From IMG/VR virus record IMGVR_UViG_3300025736_000009: a stretch of DNA of 59,170 bases; one strand, 5' to 3'. This DNA is from an uncultured virus (IMG/VR IMGVR_UViG_3300025736_000009) (taxonomy: Duplodnaviria; Heunggongvirae; Uroviricota; Caudoviricetes). Both the position numbers and the translations under genes were made by a program. The notes beneath the pieces were generated by a model. The model did not search any database. It worked only from the letters and a program-made list of their open reading frames with translations, and was not told the origin of the DNA. This document shows, piece by piece, positions 48,901-58,678 of the stretch; position 1 is the stretch's first letter; each line of letters opens with the position of its first letter.

Positions 48901-49245
48901 ACATCTGGAGTAGGAAATATACCAACACAAGCATATCCAGTAACACGTAATATGACTGACTATTGGACAAATAGTATTCCAACATTAAAACTATCAAACA
49001 AAGATTCAAGTTCTCCAGACTACTATCCAATATATGAATACTATATAGATAAGCACGGAAACATAACATTTGCTGATGATTTATTTAAGTATAGTGATAC
49101 ACCAGCACGCATAGAGGCATCTTATAAAACACTAGCAATTAATCCAAGAATAGTAATAGAATACACAAATAATTCAGGAGATGGAACAACCCAAGATACT
49201 CCATCAATATATGATTATTCTGTACTATTAAATACAAGAAGGTAA
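45952..49245 (+). CDS. 1097-aa structural protein (coiled coil plus discoidin/CBM4_9-like domains)
   Basis: EAVDGSKDTCW; NGNFSDNLVGW..YGISFYMK..LLDDIQL; ends TPSIYDYSVLL. Confidence 0.6.
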   Translation: MKTYLNTYKSVVSDSQKLTLNSFLEKAKTQALSLAPTDPEELLKNIGEKLFSVPDTPTDPDQYNKAIIAAIADLTALYAEIDNVGIGITVLEKLNSGELARISKAIDNIENMVKARAAMNKNILNYTDIVYEDFTADNGDSTIIPTLYRKLEIDKTDNALKRPIAGSISKTISAGNRKMCKVTIEKLLGASIDTLHPVSEAVDGSKDTCWKETILSDSPIAANRNIVNWLPASYSGGSAAKLRFEFDFMTPITEISLSPVSSHPMRLLEVAWSPQFRNTKDTGSIIPINGNFSDNLVGWVTTETSETTGYITSLAGYDGSQCLEIHTATATGSSWKISRNLQLNPSTLYGISFYMKRSSSTTQVKLTASMIVDIPVGTVHSKFWEITPSEELLYSNEWQEAIYNFQTPSLDEYLQAGAITSGIALTFEISDIDYSETLLDDIQLSNDYYVTTFDEIITDKTTLKFTPIRGGNIVCKTLWLTLSQPHYTLKHYTISNGALDLQDLWEQTLLPPNSDILTYNNPRKRVATFTKKERKLPANSQFIIEVRKLSGKIKEMIAQLYSIALPSKEETTVVKYEYTFGASEINLKNNEYIPEGIWVSKPLDITGEIRQLTLKPTTDASTEAVNFYVTTYKNETIDTDNLTPLIAPNYTRYWKASDESRYFGPSGLTTIVAPAEITDTFNGTDRNHKISLSKFPYINIEKVADISAKIASGDMLNIARYSPNTSTVTYITSTVTSPSGVLTTIEGYKPVEVTLHFSDSIVLPDVIGNTSVTVAKFIGPESLLLDTEGTVVTEIVERMGGEPSLQDLSFWDYVDSLIQKAIEKGNKNTDRSNIIQQVQTTDLWDSNKLSRKVVEENRIVSQTYVTKYPVLSTDKGDQLDIYWHRYQDSDGNVVTDHTSDILLHPSTYSIAHLRPRDIALTKWFNTTKSTTFGHATITVNDEGFDQILSVPGVSEEKWELVAYYRTKIPADHMLRDYDLETPQTSGVGNIPTQAYPVTRNMTDYWTNSIPTLKLSNKDSSSPDYYPIYEYYIDKHGNITFADDLFKYSDTPARIEASYKTLAINPRIVIEYTNNSGDGTTQDTPSIYDYSVLLNTRR

Positions 49246-49249
49246 GTAT

Positions 49250-51301
49250 ATGGCAACATTTAAACAACTACTAGACATAAATGAACAACGAGCAGGAAAT
49301 GCATTAACACGGTTAGTAGAAAATTTTAACGCTGGAAAGCTTAGTTTCGAATCTGATCTTCTTGCACAAACAACACAAGAATACTTAAACTTCTTTAACT
49401 TACTTGGTAAGCCTACAATAAAACCACGAGAGATGAGAAAAGGAGATATACTACGTCTCTCTACTCTTGTATCTCCAATGATAGAATTAAATGAAGACTT
49501 ATCTGTAGGATTTACACAACTAGATAAACTTAGATCTGCTACTAAATCACTAATAAATCTATGTAGTTTAGAACGGTCTGGGATATCAGATATGTTAGCA
49601 GATACACAGAGAAAAACAAATGAACTAATACTATGGACAAATGATTCAGACCCAAACTTTCAATGGGCTGGAGATACACTAAACAGTAATACAAAAATAG
49701 ATTTAAATATAAGCACAACTTGGTGGTCTTCTACAATAGGAGCAATACAGCTCCCAGTTATTGGAGAAACAACTTTAGCTTATAATGTAGAAAACATAGT
49801 AGTTCAAAAACCAACAGTTAGTAATGGAATAGTTGGAGCCGTAGCAGGAAATAATATGGAAATTTCCGATATAGGATATCCTGCTAATGCTGAAGCAGAT
49901 GACCAACCATTAGCTCCTACATTTATTGGAAGTGAACAAGTACACTCTGGGGATTTAAGAAACATAAATGATGAAAATCCAACAACATGGTTTGAATGGG
50001 AAAACTATACACTACCAACAGTACAAACATTAAAAGTATTTGGACCAGATGATTCACGAGGAGCATACATCGCAGACTCAAATGGTAGTCCACATGTTGT
50101 AATACATGGACCTATTTGGACCTCAGCAGACCAACAAAATCTAAAAGCATTATATAAAGATGTTGCTGCTTCTTTAGATTATTCAGAAAACATAACACAA
50201 GATTATGGATGGAAGTATTATGTAAAATGGCCAGGAGAGTCTGAAAGTAGTGGACCATATTGGGTTGTAAGTCCTTACGCAGGATTAGATAGACCAACAA
50301 CAATATTACCTCTAACAATAATAGTAACATTTGAAACACCAGTAGATTTATCTTGGATAGAGCTGACTCCTTATCTACCAACAGATGGACCACCAAAAGA
50401 AGATTTAACAAGTGTATCTGTTCTACCTGAAGGAGGAGGAACCTGGGTAGAGTTACTAGAAAGGCCATTGTATCTTACACCAAATATACAACAACCAATA
50501 AACAATACATCAACTGGAATACCAGTAAAAAACACAAATGGAATAGCAGTAGTAGCTTGTGATGTTCCAAAAGTAAAACAATTAAAACTAGAACTAGCAC
50601 AACCAGAAGCTTATAAAACTTTAATAGGCCACCAGTTCTTTGTAAAAGCAACACGAATACAGAACTCCTTCATGAGAGGATTCCCACCAAGAAAAGTAAC
50701 AAAGGATATAACATACTATAGTAGAGTACCAAATACAGAAGTAGAACAACAAACATCTAGTGCTGGTGGTGGAGGATTTCTATCTAACGTAGCAGGTGGA
50801 ATAATAGGATGGTTACAATATGGAACACCTCTTGGAGCAGCACTTGGATTTGTATTTGGTGGATTAGGTAGTATCTTTTCTTCATATCACGTAGAAACAG
50901 AGCTAGGCGTACAACAATATTTTGATATCTTCGAAGCATATAGATACTCAATTGGTATAAAAGATTTAAGATTACTACAACGAGAATATGGTATAACAGG
51001 AATACACCAATCAACAGAGTTTTTATTTGAAAAACCAATAAAAGCAGCTTCACTAATTGTTGGAGAAACAATACCACAATTCTGGCCAACAACCTCAAAG
51101 TGGATAACATATCAACTAAGTCCAAATGGGGTAGACTGGTATGATATTGAACCACAAAGAGAAGACTTACCAAATACAGTAGTAGAGTTTCCAGAAGAAA
51201 CAACCTCTATCTATTTTAGAGCAACACTATCAAGACCAGAAAACAAACCAAATGGTTCTCCAGTATTAACCTACTATGCTATAAAGGCGGTACCAGTATA
51301 G
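49250..51301 (+). CDS. Structural protein, paralogue of neighbours, with a Gly-rich hydrophobic insert
   Basis: NINDENPTTWFEWE; YQLSPNGVDWY; ends SPVLTYYAIK. Confidence 0.6.
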   Translation: MATFKQLLDINEQRAGNALTRLVENFNAGKLSFESDLLAQTTQEYLNFFNLLGKPTIKPREMRKGDILRLSTLVSPMIELNEDLSVGFTQLDKLRSATKSLINLCSLERSGISDMLADTQRKTNELILWTNDSDPNFQWAGDTLNSNTKIDLNISTTWWSSTIGAIQLPVIGETTLAYNVENIVVQKPTVSNGIVGAVAGNNMEISDIGYPANAEADDQPLAPTFIGSEQVHSGDLRNINDENPTTWFEWENYTLPTVQTLKVFGPDDSRGAYIADSNGSPHVVIHGPIWTSADQQNLKALYKDVAASLDYSENITQDYGWKYYVKWPGESESSGPYWVVSPYAGLDRPTTILPLTIIVTFETPVDLSWIELTPYLPTDGPPKEDLTSVSVLPEGGGTWVELLERPLYLTPNIQQPINNTSTGIPVKNTNGIAVVACDVPKVKQLKLELAQPEAYKTLIGHQFFVKATRIQNSFMRGFPPRKVTKDITYYSRVPNTEVEQQTSSAGGGGFLSNVAGGIIGWLQYGTPLGAALGFVFGGLGSIFSSYHVETELGVQQYFDIFEAYRYSIGIKDLRLLQREYGITGIHQSTEFLFEKPIKAASLIVGETIPQFWPTTSKWITYQLSPNGVDWYDIEPQREDLPNTVVEFPEETTSIYFRATLSRPENKPNGSPVLTYYAIKAVPV

Positions 51302-51308
51302 GATTATT

Positions 51309-53498
51309 ATGATAGGCACTAGACAAAAAAAATATCTATTAGATGTAGTATTAAAGAAACATCTTCAAAAAGGTATAGTTCCATCTATACAAACTTTAAT
51401 AAATGAAGCAGGTAGAAAACTAGTAGGTAAGATATGGGGAACACCTACAACTACACTCAGACCAGCTGTTAGAGGAACACGAGTAGGGGGAGAAAACGGA
51501 ACAGACATATATGATACCTATACAGAGCTGGCTGATGATACTACAGTATTGTATGAAGAGATAGTAAACTCGGCAGAAAAAGCTTTAACTCATTATCAAT
51601 CATTTTCATCAAAGCACTCTTTTCTAAGAAGAAGACTACAAAAAATAAATCAAAATATAGAAAGACTATTAAGTTTCTTTTCTAAAGGAGTAAGGTATAC
51701 ATTCTATGATACACTTGTAAGCACAGATAGTATAGACCTATTAGAAACCACAGCAGAACTAGACTTAGATGAAGGAGCCGCTATTCTACCAAGAGCGATA
51801 TCTACGCTCTCACCAATAGATTTATCAAACACAGAAATAATAGAAACACTTTTACCACAAGGTATAGAACAATATGGTAGTTTTTATGATATACTTACAA
51901 GCTTTCAAAACACAGCATGGCAAGCGGTTTTAAACGATAATACATACATAGCAACAATACGTATATCAAATACATTACAAACCATAAATGGGTTTTATGT
52001 AGACCCGCTTACATCTCTAAACATTAAAATAGAATGGTCAAATGATGGATTTAATTTCTACTCACTGCTAGCAGGAGATATAAATACACCAAAAACCTGG
52101 TCATTTGATACAATACAGGCAAATTACTTTAAGATATTTATAACTGGACAAGATGTAGGTATACGTCAAATAAAACCGCTAGTTATAAACTTTGCCAACA
52201 ATGCGGTAGTAGAAACAATTACATTAAATGCTTTAGATGTATCTAATACAAAAGTTCCTATTCAAATGGCTGAGATATCTGTAGATACTTATCTTCCAAA
52301 AGGCACAGATATAAAAGCATACATAACAGCAGATGATATTAACTTGCCACAAAACTGGATAAGAATAGATACAAACCCAGTAGTATTAGCATCAATACTA
52401 TCACAAAGTATACAACTAGATAAAAAAGACTTTGTAACTATAGACGCAAGTACACCTGTACCATTATATTCTTCACTAATTGCTGGAAGTAATGTACTAA
52501 TAGGAACAGAAGCACTTACAAAAGGAAATAGACAATTCCTTGTAGAGTATTTCAATTATACATGGAATGATGAAGGAGATCCAAATCATGTACCATCAAA
52601 AGCAGACTGGGACAATAGGATAAACGCATTACAAGGATACTTTACTCCAATATCCACAGCAGCTACATCAGACGCAATAAGCGATGGGGCATGCATGTCA
52701 GTAGCAAAAAACATGATGTGTGAAGTAGCAGAACAAACAACTGGAACAGCTGAATGGTTAGTAGTTGGTTTGTTGGATGGAGCAGGAAATACACTATTAA
52801 CCTCTGGAGGAAACTATAGATTTACATCATATATACATACTCCATCAGATATGTTATTAATAGAACAACCATGTCTAGTATATAATCCAGCTGTATATGG
52901 CGGAACAGGTTCTCCAGTTGTTGCTCCTTTCCATATATATTTAAATGATAGATCTATACTATATTCAAAAACTTCATTTACAAACTTAGAAAGTGTAGGG
53001 ATAAATGACTATACGGCTACATACTCATTTAAAAAAGGATGGAATAAGTTAGAAATATATATGTATTTTCCAGGAATAGGGGCTACTGATGTTGATCAAA
53101 CAGGATTAGCAACATCAGCAGTTGGATTATACTTTAGACCAAACATACTAGGATTTGATACAACGTCTTATAAAGTACAAGCTACATATGGATATCAAAA
53201 AAATATATCAGAATTTGAGCTAAAGTATTCTATACCTCTTGGATCAAAAGATTATTGGGCATGGGCAAGTAGACTAGACCCAAACTCTTCTTGGAAAGTA
53301 TTACTAAACTTTGATCTAACACAAAGTTCAGCAGTATTAGATGGAATAAACCTTCCAATGAAACCAGTATTACATCTAAATTTCAATAGAAGTAGTGAAG
53401 ATATGTTAAATGCCATAAGATTAAAGTTTGAACTTTCAAAAACATCAGAAGTAAATACAACACCAAAACTATATGGTTATACACTTTACTTAAATTAG
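51309..53498 (+). CDS. Structural protein, paralogue of neighbours
   Basis: DILTSFQNTAW; IEWSNDGFNF; FKKGWNKLEI; ends TPKLYGYTLY. Confidence 0.6.
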   Translation: MIGTRQKKYLLDVVLKKHLQKGIVPSIQTLINEAGRKLVGKIWGTPTTTLRPAVRGTRVGGENGTDIYDTYTELADDTTVLYEEIVNSAEKALTHYQSFSSKHSFLRRRLQKINQNIERLLSFFSKGVRYTFYDTLVSTDSIDLLETTAELDLDEGAAILPRAISTLSPIDLSNTEIIETLLPQGIEQYGSFYDILTSFQNTAWQAVLNDNTYIATIRISNTLQTINGFYVDPLTSLNIKIEWSNDGFNFYSLLAGDINTPKTWSFDTIQANYFKIFITGQDVGIRQIKPLVINFANNAVVETITLNALDVSNTKVPIQMAEISVDTYLPKGTDIKAYITADDINLPQNWIRIDTNPVVLASILSQSIQLDKKDFVTIDASTPVPLYSSLIAGSNVLIGTEALTKGNRQFLVEYFNYTWNDEGDPNHVPSKADWDNRINALQGYFTPISTAATSDAISDGACMSVAKNMMCEVAEQTTGTAEWLVVGLLDGAGNTLLTSGGNYRFTSYIHTPSDMLLIEQPCLVYNPAVYGGTGSPVVAPFHIYLNDRSILYSKTSFTNLESVGINDYTATYSFKKGWNKLEIYMYFPGIGATDVDQTGLATSAVGLYFRPNILGFDTTSYKVQATYGYQKNISEFELKYSIPLGSKDYWAWASRLDPNSSWKVLLNFDLTQSSAVLDGINLPMKPVLHLNFNRSSEDMLNAIRLKFELSKTSEVNTTPKLYGYTLYLN

Positions 53499-53509
53499 GA
53501 AAACATCAA

Positions 53510-53746
53510 ATGCAAACACCACCAGTAAACTTTAGATATAGAGGATTAAGAGAATCTAGAAAATTTGTAGTTCAATTAGGTGCTTCAGTAAGTGACTTAA
53601 CAAAACTAGTAAGATCAACAGCTGGATTAGAAAACTCTTATGAAACACAAATTCCAAGTAATTTTACAACTTTAGATACAACATATCAGGCAGCACTGCA
53701 AAAAGCAAAACTGCTCGTAGGCTTTGCAAGGAGAATCATATACTAA
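53510..53746 (+). CDS. Small structural protein
   Basis: 78 aa; NFRYRGLRESRKF resembles the N-terminal motifs of neighbours (INRGGQSSS). Confidence 0.55.
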   Translation: MQTPPVNFRYRGLRESRKFVVQLGASVSDLTKLVRSTAGLENSYETQIPSNFTTLDTTYQAALQKAKLLVGFARRIIY

Positions 53747-53747
53747 T

Positions 53748-54863
53748 ATGCTAAGATCAGCACATAATCTAATAGAAACAGCAAACAATCCAACTATTAA
53801 TCGTGGTGGACAATCAAGTTCAGATATAATACAAAGTATGAATGATAATCTACGAAGTGATCTACTAACATTGACATCACGAATAGCTAAGTTAGAGACA
53901 GCAATAGCAATATCAAATAACATATTCACAGCACAATCCACCGCCCTTGCTTCAAAAATAACATCTCTAAATACGTCATTAACAACCTTAGCTTCTGGTC
54001 TTGGAACAACCTACAATACTACAATAGTAGATATGTATACACTAGAAGGAATATCTCCTCCAACAGATACATCAGCAACTTCAGCAGATGTAAATCTTAC
54101 ATATGGACAAGCAACTCTAAACATAACAAACACACAAGACAAGCTAGTAACAGAAGATTCAAATGGAGATATTTGGATACCAGATTCTTCTAGTATAGGT
54201 TACGTAAGTACACCTGCAGCCACAATTGTACCACAAGAATATGAATATTTATATGATGATAATTATATCTATTGTCTAGACCAAAGATTAGATACAGCAT
54301 GGACAAGAGAAGTTTCAGAAACATGTGACGTATGGATAAAAGCAAAAATACCAGCAGAGGTATTTACAAATGCTTTAGCAAATACAATAATATTACATCC
54401 GTTTCCAACGCTTACACATACACTTGTATCAGTAGAATATAAAAACTTACTTGGATCTTGGATCTCTTGTGATTTAGCTTATTTACCAGGCTATAATGGA
54501 GCAACAGTACCTTTAATTGGAAATACAAGACTACTTTTTCCAGCAACGGATATCTCAGAAATACGAATACGACTACGTATAGTAGACGCATCTAGCTTGT
54601 ATTGGGGATTTACAAAATTAGAATTAAAGATGTTAGACTTCTCAGCAACTAGCTCTTTAAATGTAAACTTTGCCCCTACAGTAGCAGACTCAACATACAA
54701 CAGTCCAACATATACTTTATTTGGAAAATCACCAGCAGCTCTTGCGTATATATCAAAAACAGTAAATGGTGGATCAGGAAAGAAAGTAGAATTAGCACTA
54801 ACACAGCAATCAGCTGGTAGTACTCCATTACTAACTTACGTTCAATCCGAATGGAGTTCTTAA
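53748..54863 (+). CDS. Structural protein, paralogue of neighbours
   Basis: ATG 53748 preferred over TTG 53724; coiled coil, CLDQRLDTAW, ends TPLLTYV. Confidence 0.6.
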   Translation: MLRSAHNLIETANNPTINRGGQSSSDIIQSMNDNLRSDLLTLTSRIAKLETAIAISNNIFTAQSTALASKITSLNTSLTTLASGLGTTYNTTIVDMYTLEGISPPTDTSATSADVNLTYGQATLNITNTQDKLVTEDSNGDIWIPDSSSIGYVSTPAATIVPQEYEYLYDDNYIYCLDQRLDTAWTREVSETCDVWIKAKIPAEVFTNALANTIILHPFPTLTHTLVSVEYKNLLGSWISCDLAYLPGYNGATVPLIGNTRLLFPATDISEIRIRLRIVDASSLYWGFTKLELKMLDFSATSSLNVNFAPTVADSTYNSPTYTLFGKSPAALAYISKTVNGGSGKKVELALTQQSAGSTPLLTYVQSEWSS

Positions 54864-54880
54864 TTTGACAAATAAAAAAC

Positions 54881-54909
54881 TTGAAAAAAATGATAAAATA
54901 TGCTATAAT
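54881..54909 (+). promoter_or_regulatory. Sigma70/sigmaA-type promoter
   Basis: TTGAAA-N17-TATAAT with TGc extended -10; AT-rich upstream tract. Confidence 0.8.
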
Positions 54910-54998
54910 ATATAATAGTAAAGGCATCTAATAGCCTGACAAATATTAGAATGTATTTCCAATTAAAAAAGGAAATCCATTTAGAAGGAAAAGAAACC

Positions 54999-55601
54999 AT
55001 GTCAAATAATCAAGAACAACCACAACAGCAACAACGAAGAACAGTAATTACTAAAGTAAATACACAAAGTAAATCTGCTGGAAGAGTAATGGATTTCTCA
55101 CATCTTGGAGAATTTGAATTAACCAAAGATGAACTAAGTGAAGGAAAGCTTGTACTAAGTTTAACTGAATATGATCCAAGTGGTAATAAACCATCAAAAC
55201 ATATACAGCACTTTTTACCTATAGCAAAAGCTAGAGCATTTTTTCATAAGATGTTAAATGGCACATTAAAGCAAGGAATAGTATTAGAAAATTTTGGAGG
55301 AGGAACAGGCGCGGCAGTAAAACAACCAGACATACCATTTATTTCTAGAACTCTAAAAATAGAATACAAGGATAAAGATAAGGATGGTAATCCTCTTCGT
55401 ATAGGACCTGCTATACAGTTTTCATTAGAGATATTTGAAGCAGATAAAACACCAAATGGTGGCTTCATGAAGAAGGGAAATACTCCAATTATAGCTGGAT
55501 TTATCATGATAAATCTACAAGTAGCACAAGAAGCAGCTACAACTGTAACAGAGTATTTAAGAGCTAAAGAAATAGCAGCAATGCTAAACAAAGCTATATA
55601 A
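54999..55601 (+). CDS. Hypothetical protein, possibly a duplicated PC4/PUR-like nucleic-acid-binding fold
   Basis: ATG 54999 follows AGAAGGA; two beta-beta-beta-alpha-like units by eye. Confidence 0.5.
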   Translation: MSNNQEQPQQQQRRTVITKVNTQSKSAGRVMDFSHLGEFELTKDELSEGKLVLSLTEYDPSGNKPSKHIQHFLPIAKARAFFHKMLNGTLKQGIVLENFGGGTGAAVKQPDIPFISRTLKIEYKDKDKDGNPLRIGPAIQFSLEIFEADKTPNGGFMKKGNTPIIAGFIMINLQVAQEAATTVTEYLRAKEIAAMLNKAI

Positions 55602-55634
55602 ACCATCCATTCTCCATAATAAAGATATACGCGC

Positions 55635-55710
55635 TCCTCGATAGCTTAATTGGCAAAGCACTCGACTGTTAATCGAGGTAGTCCTGGTTCGATTCCAGGT
55701 CGAGGAGCCA
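55635..55710 (+). tRNA. tRNA-Asn(GTT), 76 nt, CCA encoded
   Basis: Acceptor TCCTCGA/TCGAGGA; D arm GCTT..AAGC; anticodon arm CTCGA-CTGTTAA-TCGAG; T arm CCTGG-TTCGATT-CCAGG; G73 then CCA. Confidence 0.97.
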
Positions 55711-55767
55711 TCTTCCACATGACACGCACGACACATCTACCTACCTCTACAGGATTACATACATATA

Positions 55768-58299
55768 ATGACAAGCTATACTTATCCAAATATACCAACA
55801 CATATAAATATAACTCTAGGACAAGATGTTGGAGAAACTCTTCCTACTGCTACAACAACAGCACAAGTACCTTTAGATTTATTAGGAGGAATTGGAAATT
55901 TTACAGTAGCAGGTACATATGTAGACTGGACATCTTACTATACAAACATAGTAACAGATCCAGTTACAGGGCTTGACTATACAGCAAATCCAAAAGAAAT
56001 ATGGACATATCCAATGTCTGACGATATTGCACAACTAAATTGTGGATTTGTATTATCTGGAACAACAGATGAAACTGGAGTTGGATGGTGTAGACGTTCA
56101 AGTGCCACTATACACCCAACTGGAAACATAAAATACCAATTAGCAGATGGAGAAGGTGTAAGTGGAACAGTTGCACAATACTTTGGTATAACTGGAGCAA
56201 CAACAGGTAGTAGTTGGATAGGGCTAGTTTTACCCTATGGTACACTAATAACAAATCTATCAAATACTGCTAGTACCGCATATCCAACATGGTGTGGAAG
56301 AGATGATACACTAGAACTTGTAGTTGATCATTTAAAGATTTCTGAAAATCTAGAAAATATACCAGGAATAATAGATCCAAAGATATATATAAGACTAGCT
56401 ACCCTAGCTACCTTACCTGCCGATAATCAAACCTCAGAATATGCTTATGCAGATATAACTTCTACAGAGACACAATCACTGTCAACTACACTTACTATTA
56501 CAGGAACAACTAACCCCTTACCAATATATGCAAGTACTTATATTAGCTATTCAGGGACAACGCCGTCCACAGCAGATTTTGGAATATATATAGATAACAT
56601 ACATGTATATGTAGTACGTGATGGAAGTAGAATAATGGTAAATATACCATCTACTGGGAATGGATCTCCATATAATATTGCAAGCTTTACTTCAGCTTGC
56701 ATTGATATCTATAAACAAGCATCACTAAATAGTTCATTTATGGCTTTTTCCTCCATTGGACAAGACACTAAAAAACAAAGACTAAATTACTATAATCCAA
56801 ATTGTAAATATATGATGTATATTACACCAGGAAGAGTAATAATAGCAACAGCACAAGCTTTAATAGACGCTGAAAACGATAATTTACCAGCTATGCCTAA
56901 TACATTAGGTTTCTATGATGTAGCAAATAACAATCCAGAATGGTTAATATCGGGAGGGCTTGGTGTATCTGGTTTTGTTTATTTCGGATCATATCCAACT
57001 AGTTATTACACAAACTTTGATAATAGTGAATACATAAACGCATCCATACCTCCAATATTAGAAAAACTACAACGTCATACCTATACGTATATGTTTGTAG
57101 ATGATACTACCGTATTAACAGAATATACTTCTTCTGGCCTTATATTACAGCCAGAAAGACTGGCGTGGATGACACAAAACATGATAAAATCACTATGTAC
57201 CTCAGCACATGCTCTTGGTTATTATGTTTGGAGAAATGCTTATGGTGAAAACATATCAGATGTTAGTTCAACAGATGAACTATTAGTCAAACAAAACTGG
57301 GTACCAACAGCAACATACCCAGCATCAGACGGATATACAGCCAATACAGCAGACAACTCAACAGATGGAACATCAAATGAAATTGCATTTAGTAACTATG
57401 CTGTAGTTGACTCAGCAAGTTTTTCAGTAAATGGTACAGTAACTCTAGGCTCAAATAATGATGGAACAGGAGATAAAATTTACCTAGATATTGGAGATAT
57501 ACCTAGTGTATATAAGTGTGAATTTACTGATGGAACAGGAGCATCTGGTGGGTTTTTTGAAATGATACCAACATCACAAGATGATGACGCAATAGCTCTA
57601 TCAATATACTCTGCCATGGAAAATGGGTTTATTATGAACTACCCATACCTAGAAAGTTTAAACTATGTAAATGGTGGAACAGAGGTAAGTTTTACAGCAC
57701 TTCCAGCACACAATCTTGATTTAATAACAACAACAGCAACAGCAATTACTATAGCAACAACATCAAATACAGTAGTTAGTGGAAGCTATGCCTCTGGATA
57801 TTGGGTAGATTGTATCAATGATATGCACACAATTGAGCAATGGAATGAAACAAATACACGTCCACAGTATTTAAATATGTATGTAAAACTGAAGGATCCA
57901 GCCATAGACCCAGCAATAGTTGCAGATAATCCAAACTACCCAAAACAAGGTTGGGCATATTTTGGATTAGCAAGCTATCTACTTGGAGAAAACGCATATA
58001 CAAGTCTTGGAATGGCAAAATATATACCAGGAACCAACTCGGAAACAATTTACTTAGACTATACGCCTTTAGCAAGTCTAGGAACCTGGACATCAACAGC
58101 AGTAGCAGTAACTGAAGGGAAAGACGCTTTCCAAAAACGAACAGCCACAAATGGAATTGTCTTAGCAAATAGTTATGCTACAAATAAAACATGGACAGCT
58201 ACTAACGATTGCAGAGACGCATACGGAACAGGAACCTGGGACTCAGGAAATACTGTAACACTTCCACCACATACAGGAGGAATACTAATATTCACATAA
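55768..58299 (+). CDS. 843-aa protein with a CBM-like N-terminal part and a putative glycoside hydrolase (GHL15-like) C-terminal part
   Basis: IYIDNIHV; YMFVDD; YFGLASYLLG..LG..QKRTATNGIVLAN..VTLPPHTGGIL. Confidence 0.5.
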   Translation: MTSYTYPNIPTHINITLGQDVGETLPTATTTAQVPLDLLGGIGNFTVAGTYVDWTSYYTNIVTDPVTGLDYTANPKEIWTYPMSDDIAQLNCGFVLSGTTDETGVGWCRRSSATIHPTGNIKYQLADGEGVSGTVAQYFGITGATTGSSWIGLVLPYGTLITNLSNTASTAYPTWCGRDDTLELVVDHLKISENLENIPGIIDPKIYIRLATLATLPADNQTSEYAYADITSTETQSLSTTLTITGTTNPLPIYASTYISYSGTTPSTADFGIYIDNIHVYVVRDGSRIMVNIPSTGNGSPYNIASFTSACIDIYKQASLNSSFMAFSSIGQDTKKQRLNYYNPNCKYMMYITPGRVIIATAQALIDAENDNLPAMPNTLGFYDVANNNPEWLISGGLGVSGFVYFGSYPTSYYTNFDNSEYINASIPPILEKLQRHTYTYMFVDDTTVLTEYTSSGLILQPERLAWMTQNMIKSLCTSAHALGYYVWRNAYGENISDVSSTDELLVKQNWVPTATYPASDGYTANTADNSTDGTSNEIAFSNYAVVDSASFSVNGTVTLGSNNDGTGDKIYLDIGDIPSVYKCEFTDGTGASGGFFEMIPTSQDDDAIALSIYSAMENGFIMNYPYLESLNYVNGGTEVSFTALPAHNLDLITTTATAITIATTSNTVVSGSYASGYWVDCINDMHTIEQWNETNTRPQYLNMYVKLKDPAIDPAIVADNPNYPKQGWAYFGLASYLLGENAYTSLGMAKYIPGTNSETIYLDYTPLASLGTWTSTAVAVTEGKDAFQKRTATNGIVLANSYATNKTWTATNDCRDAYGTGTWDSGNTVTLPPHTGGILIFT

Positions 58300-58520
58300 T
58301 AACAGAACACCAATTAAATAGAGCAATAGAAGGTATGTGGGATAATATAAAAATCGACATAGCTGCTAATAAATGTAAAAATATAATAGTATATACAATA
58401 AAAAACTTCAGTGTAGTAAGTTGGTCAAAAGTATTACTAAAAGGAGGAACTATAACACATACAGCAAATGTAACAAGAAAAACCACACTAGATAGTCTAA
58501 AAGAAAAACTACATGAATAA
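58296..58520 (+). CDS. Small hypothetical protein (start uncertain: ATA 58296 or ATG 58335)
   Basis: Open frame filling the gap between flanking genes. Confidence 0.45.
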   Translation: MITEHQLNRAIEGMWDNIKIDIAANKCKNIIVYTIKNFSVVSWSKVLLKGGTITHTANVTRKTTLDSLKEKLHE

Positions 58521-58665
58521 TACATCCTCCTACCCACAACCAATATTGTGTCCTAAATGTGGTAACAACATAGGTTACAATGTGTATCTACAAACATATA
58601 TGTGTAAGCATTGTAACTATAGAAAATTTCTATCTAAACCTAAAGGCAAAGATAGAATTGTATAA
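58513..58665 (+). CDS. 50-aa zinc-ribbon mini-protein missed by the ORF track
   Basis: MNNTSSYPQPILCPKCGNNIGYNVYLQTYMCKHCNYRK. Confidence 0.7.
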   Translation: MNNTSSYPQPILCPKCGNNIGYNVYLQTYMCKHCNYRKFLSKPKGKDRIV

Positions 58666-58678
58666 GAAGGAGCAAAAA

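Noticed and set aside
55650..55976. 108-aa + strand ORF
   Set aside because: Begins inside the tRNA-Asn gene and overlaps the 843-aa gene out of frame
724..58543. All minus-strand ORFs in the track (e.g. 10608-11426, 17109-17627, 34407-34847)
   Set aside because: They lie antisense to long motif-bearing + strand genes, have Leu/Ile/Ser/Phe-rich shadow composition caused by the A-skew, and show no recognisable motifs
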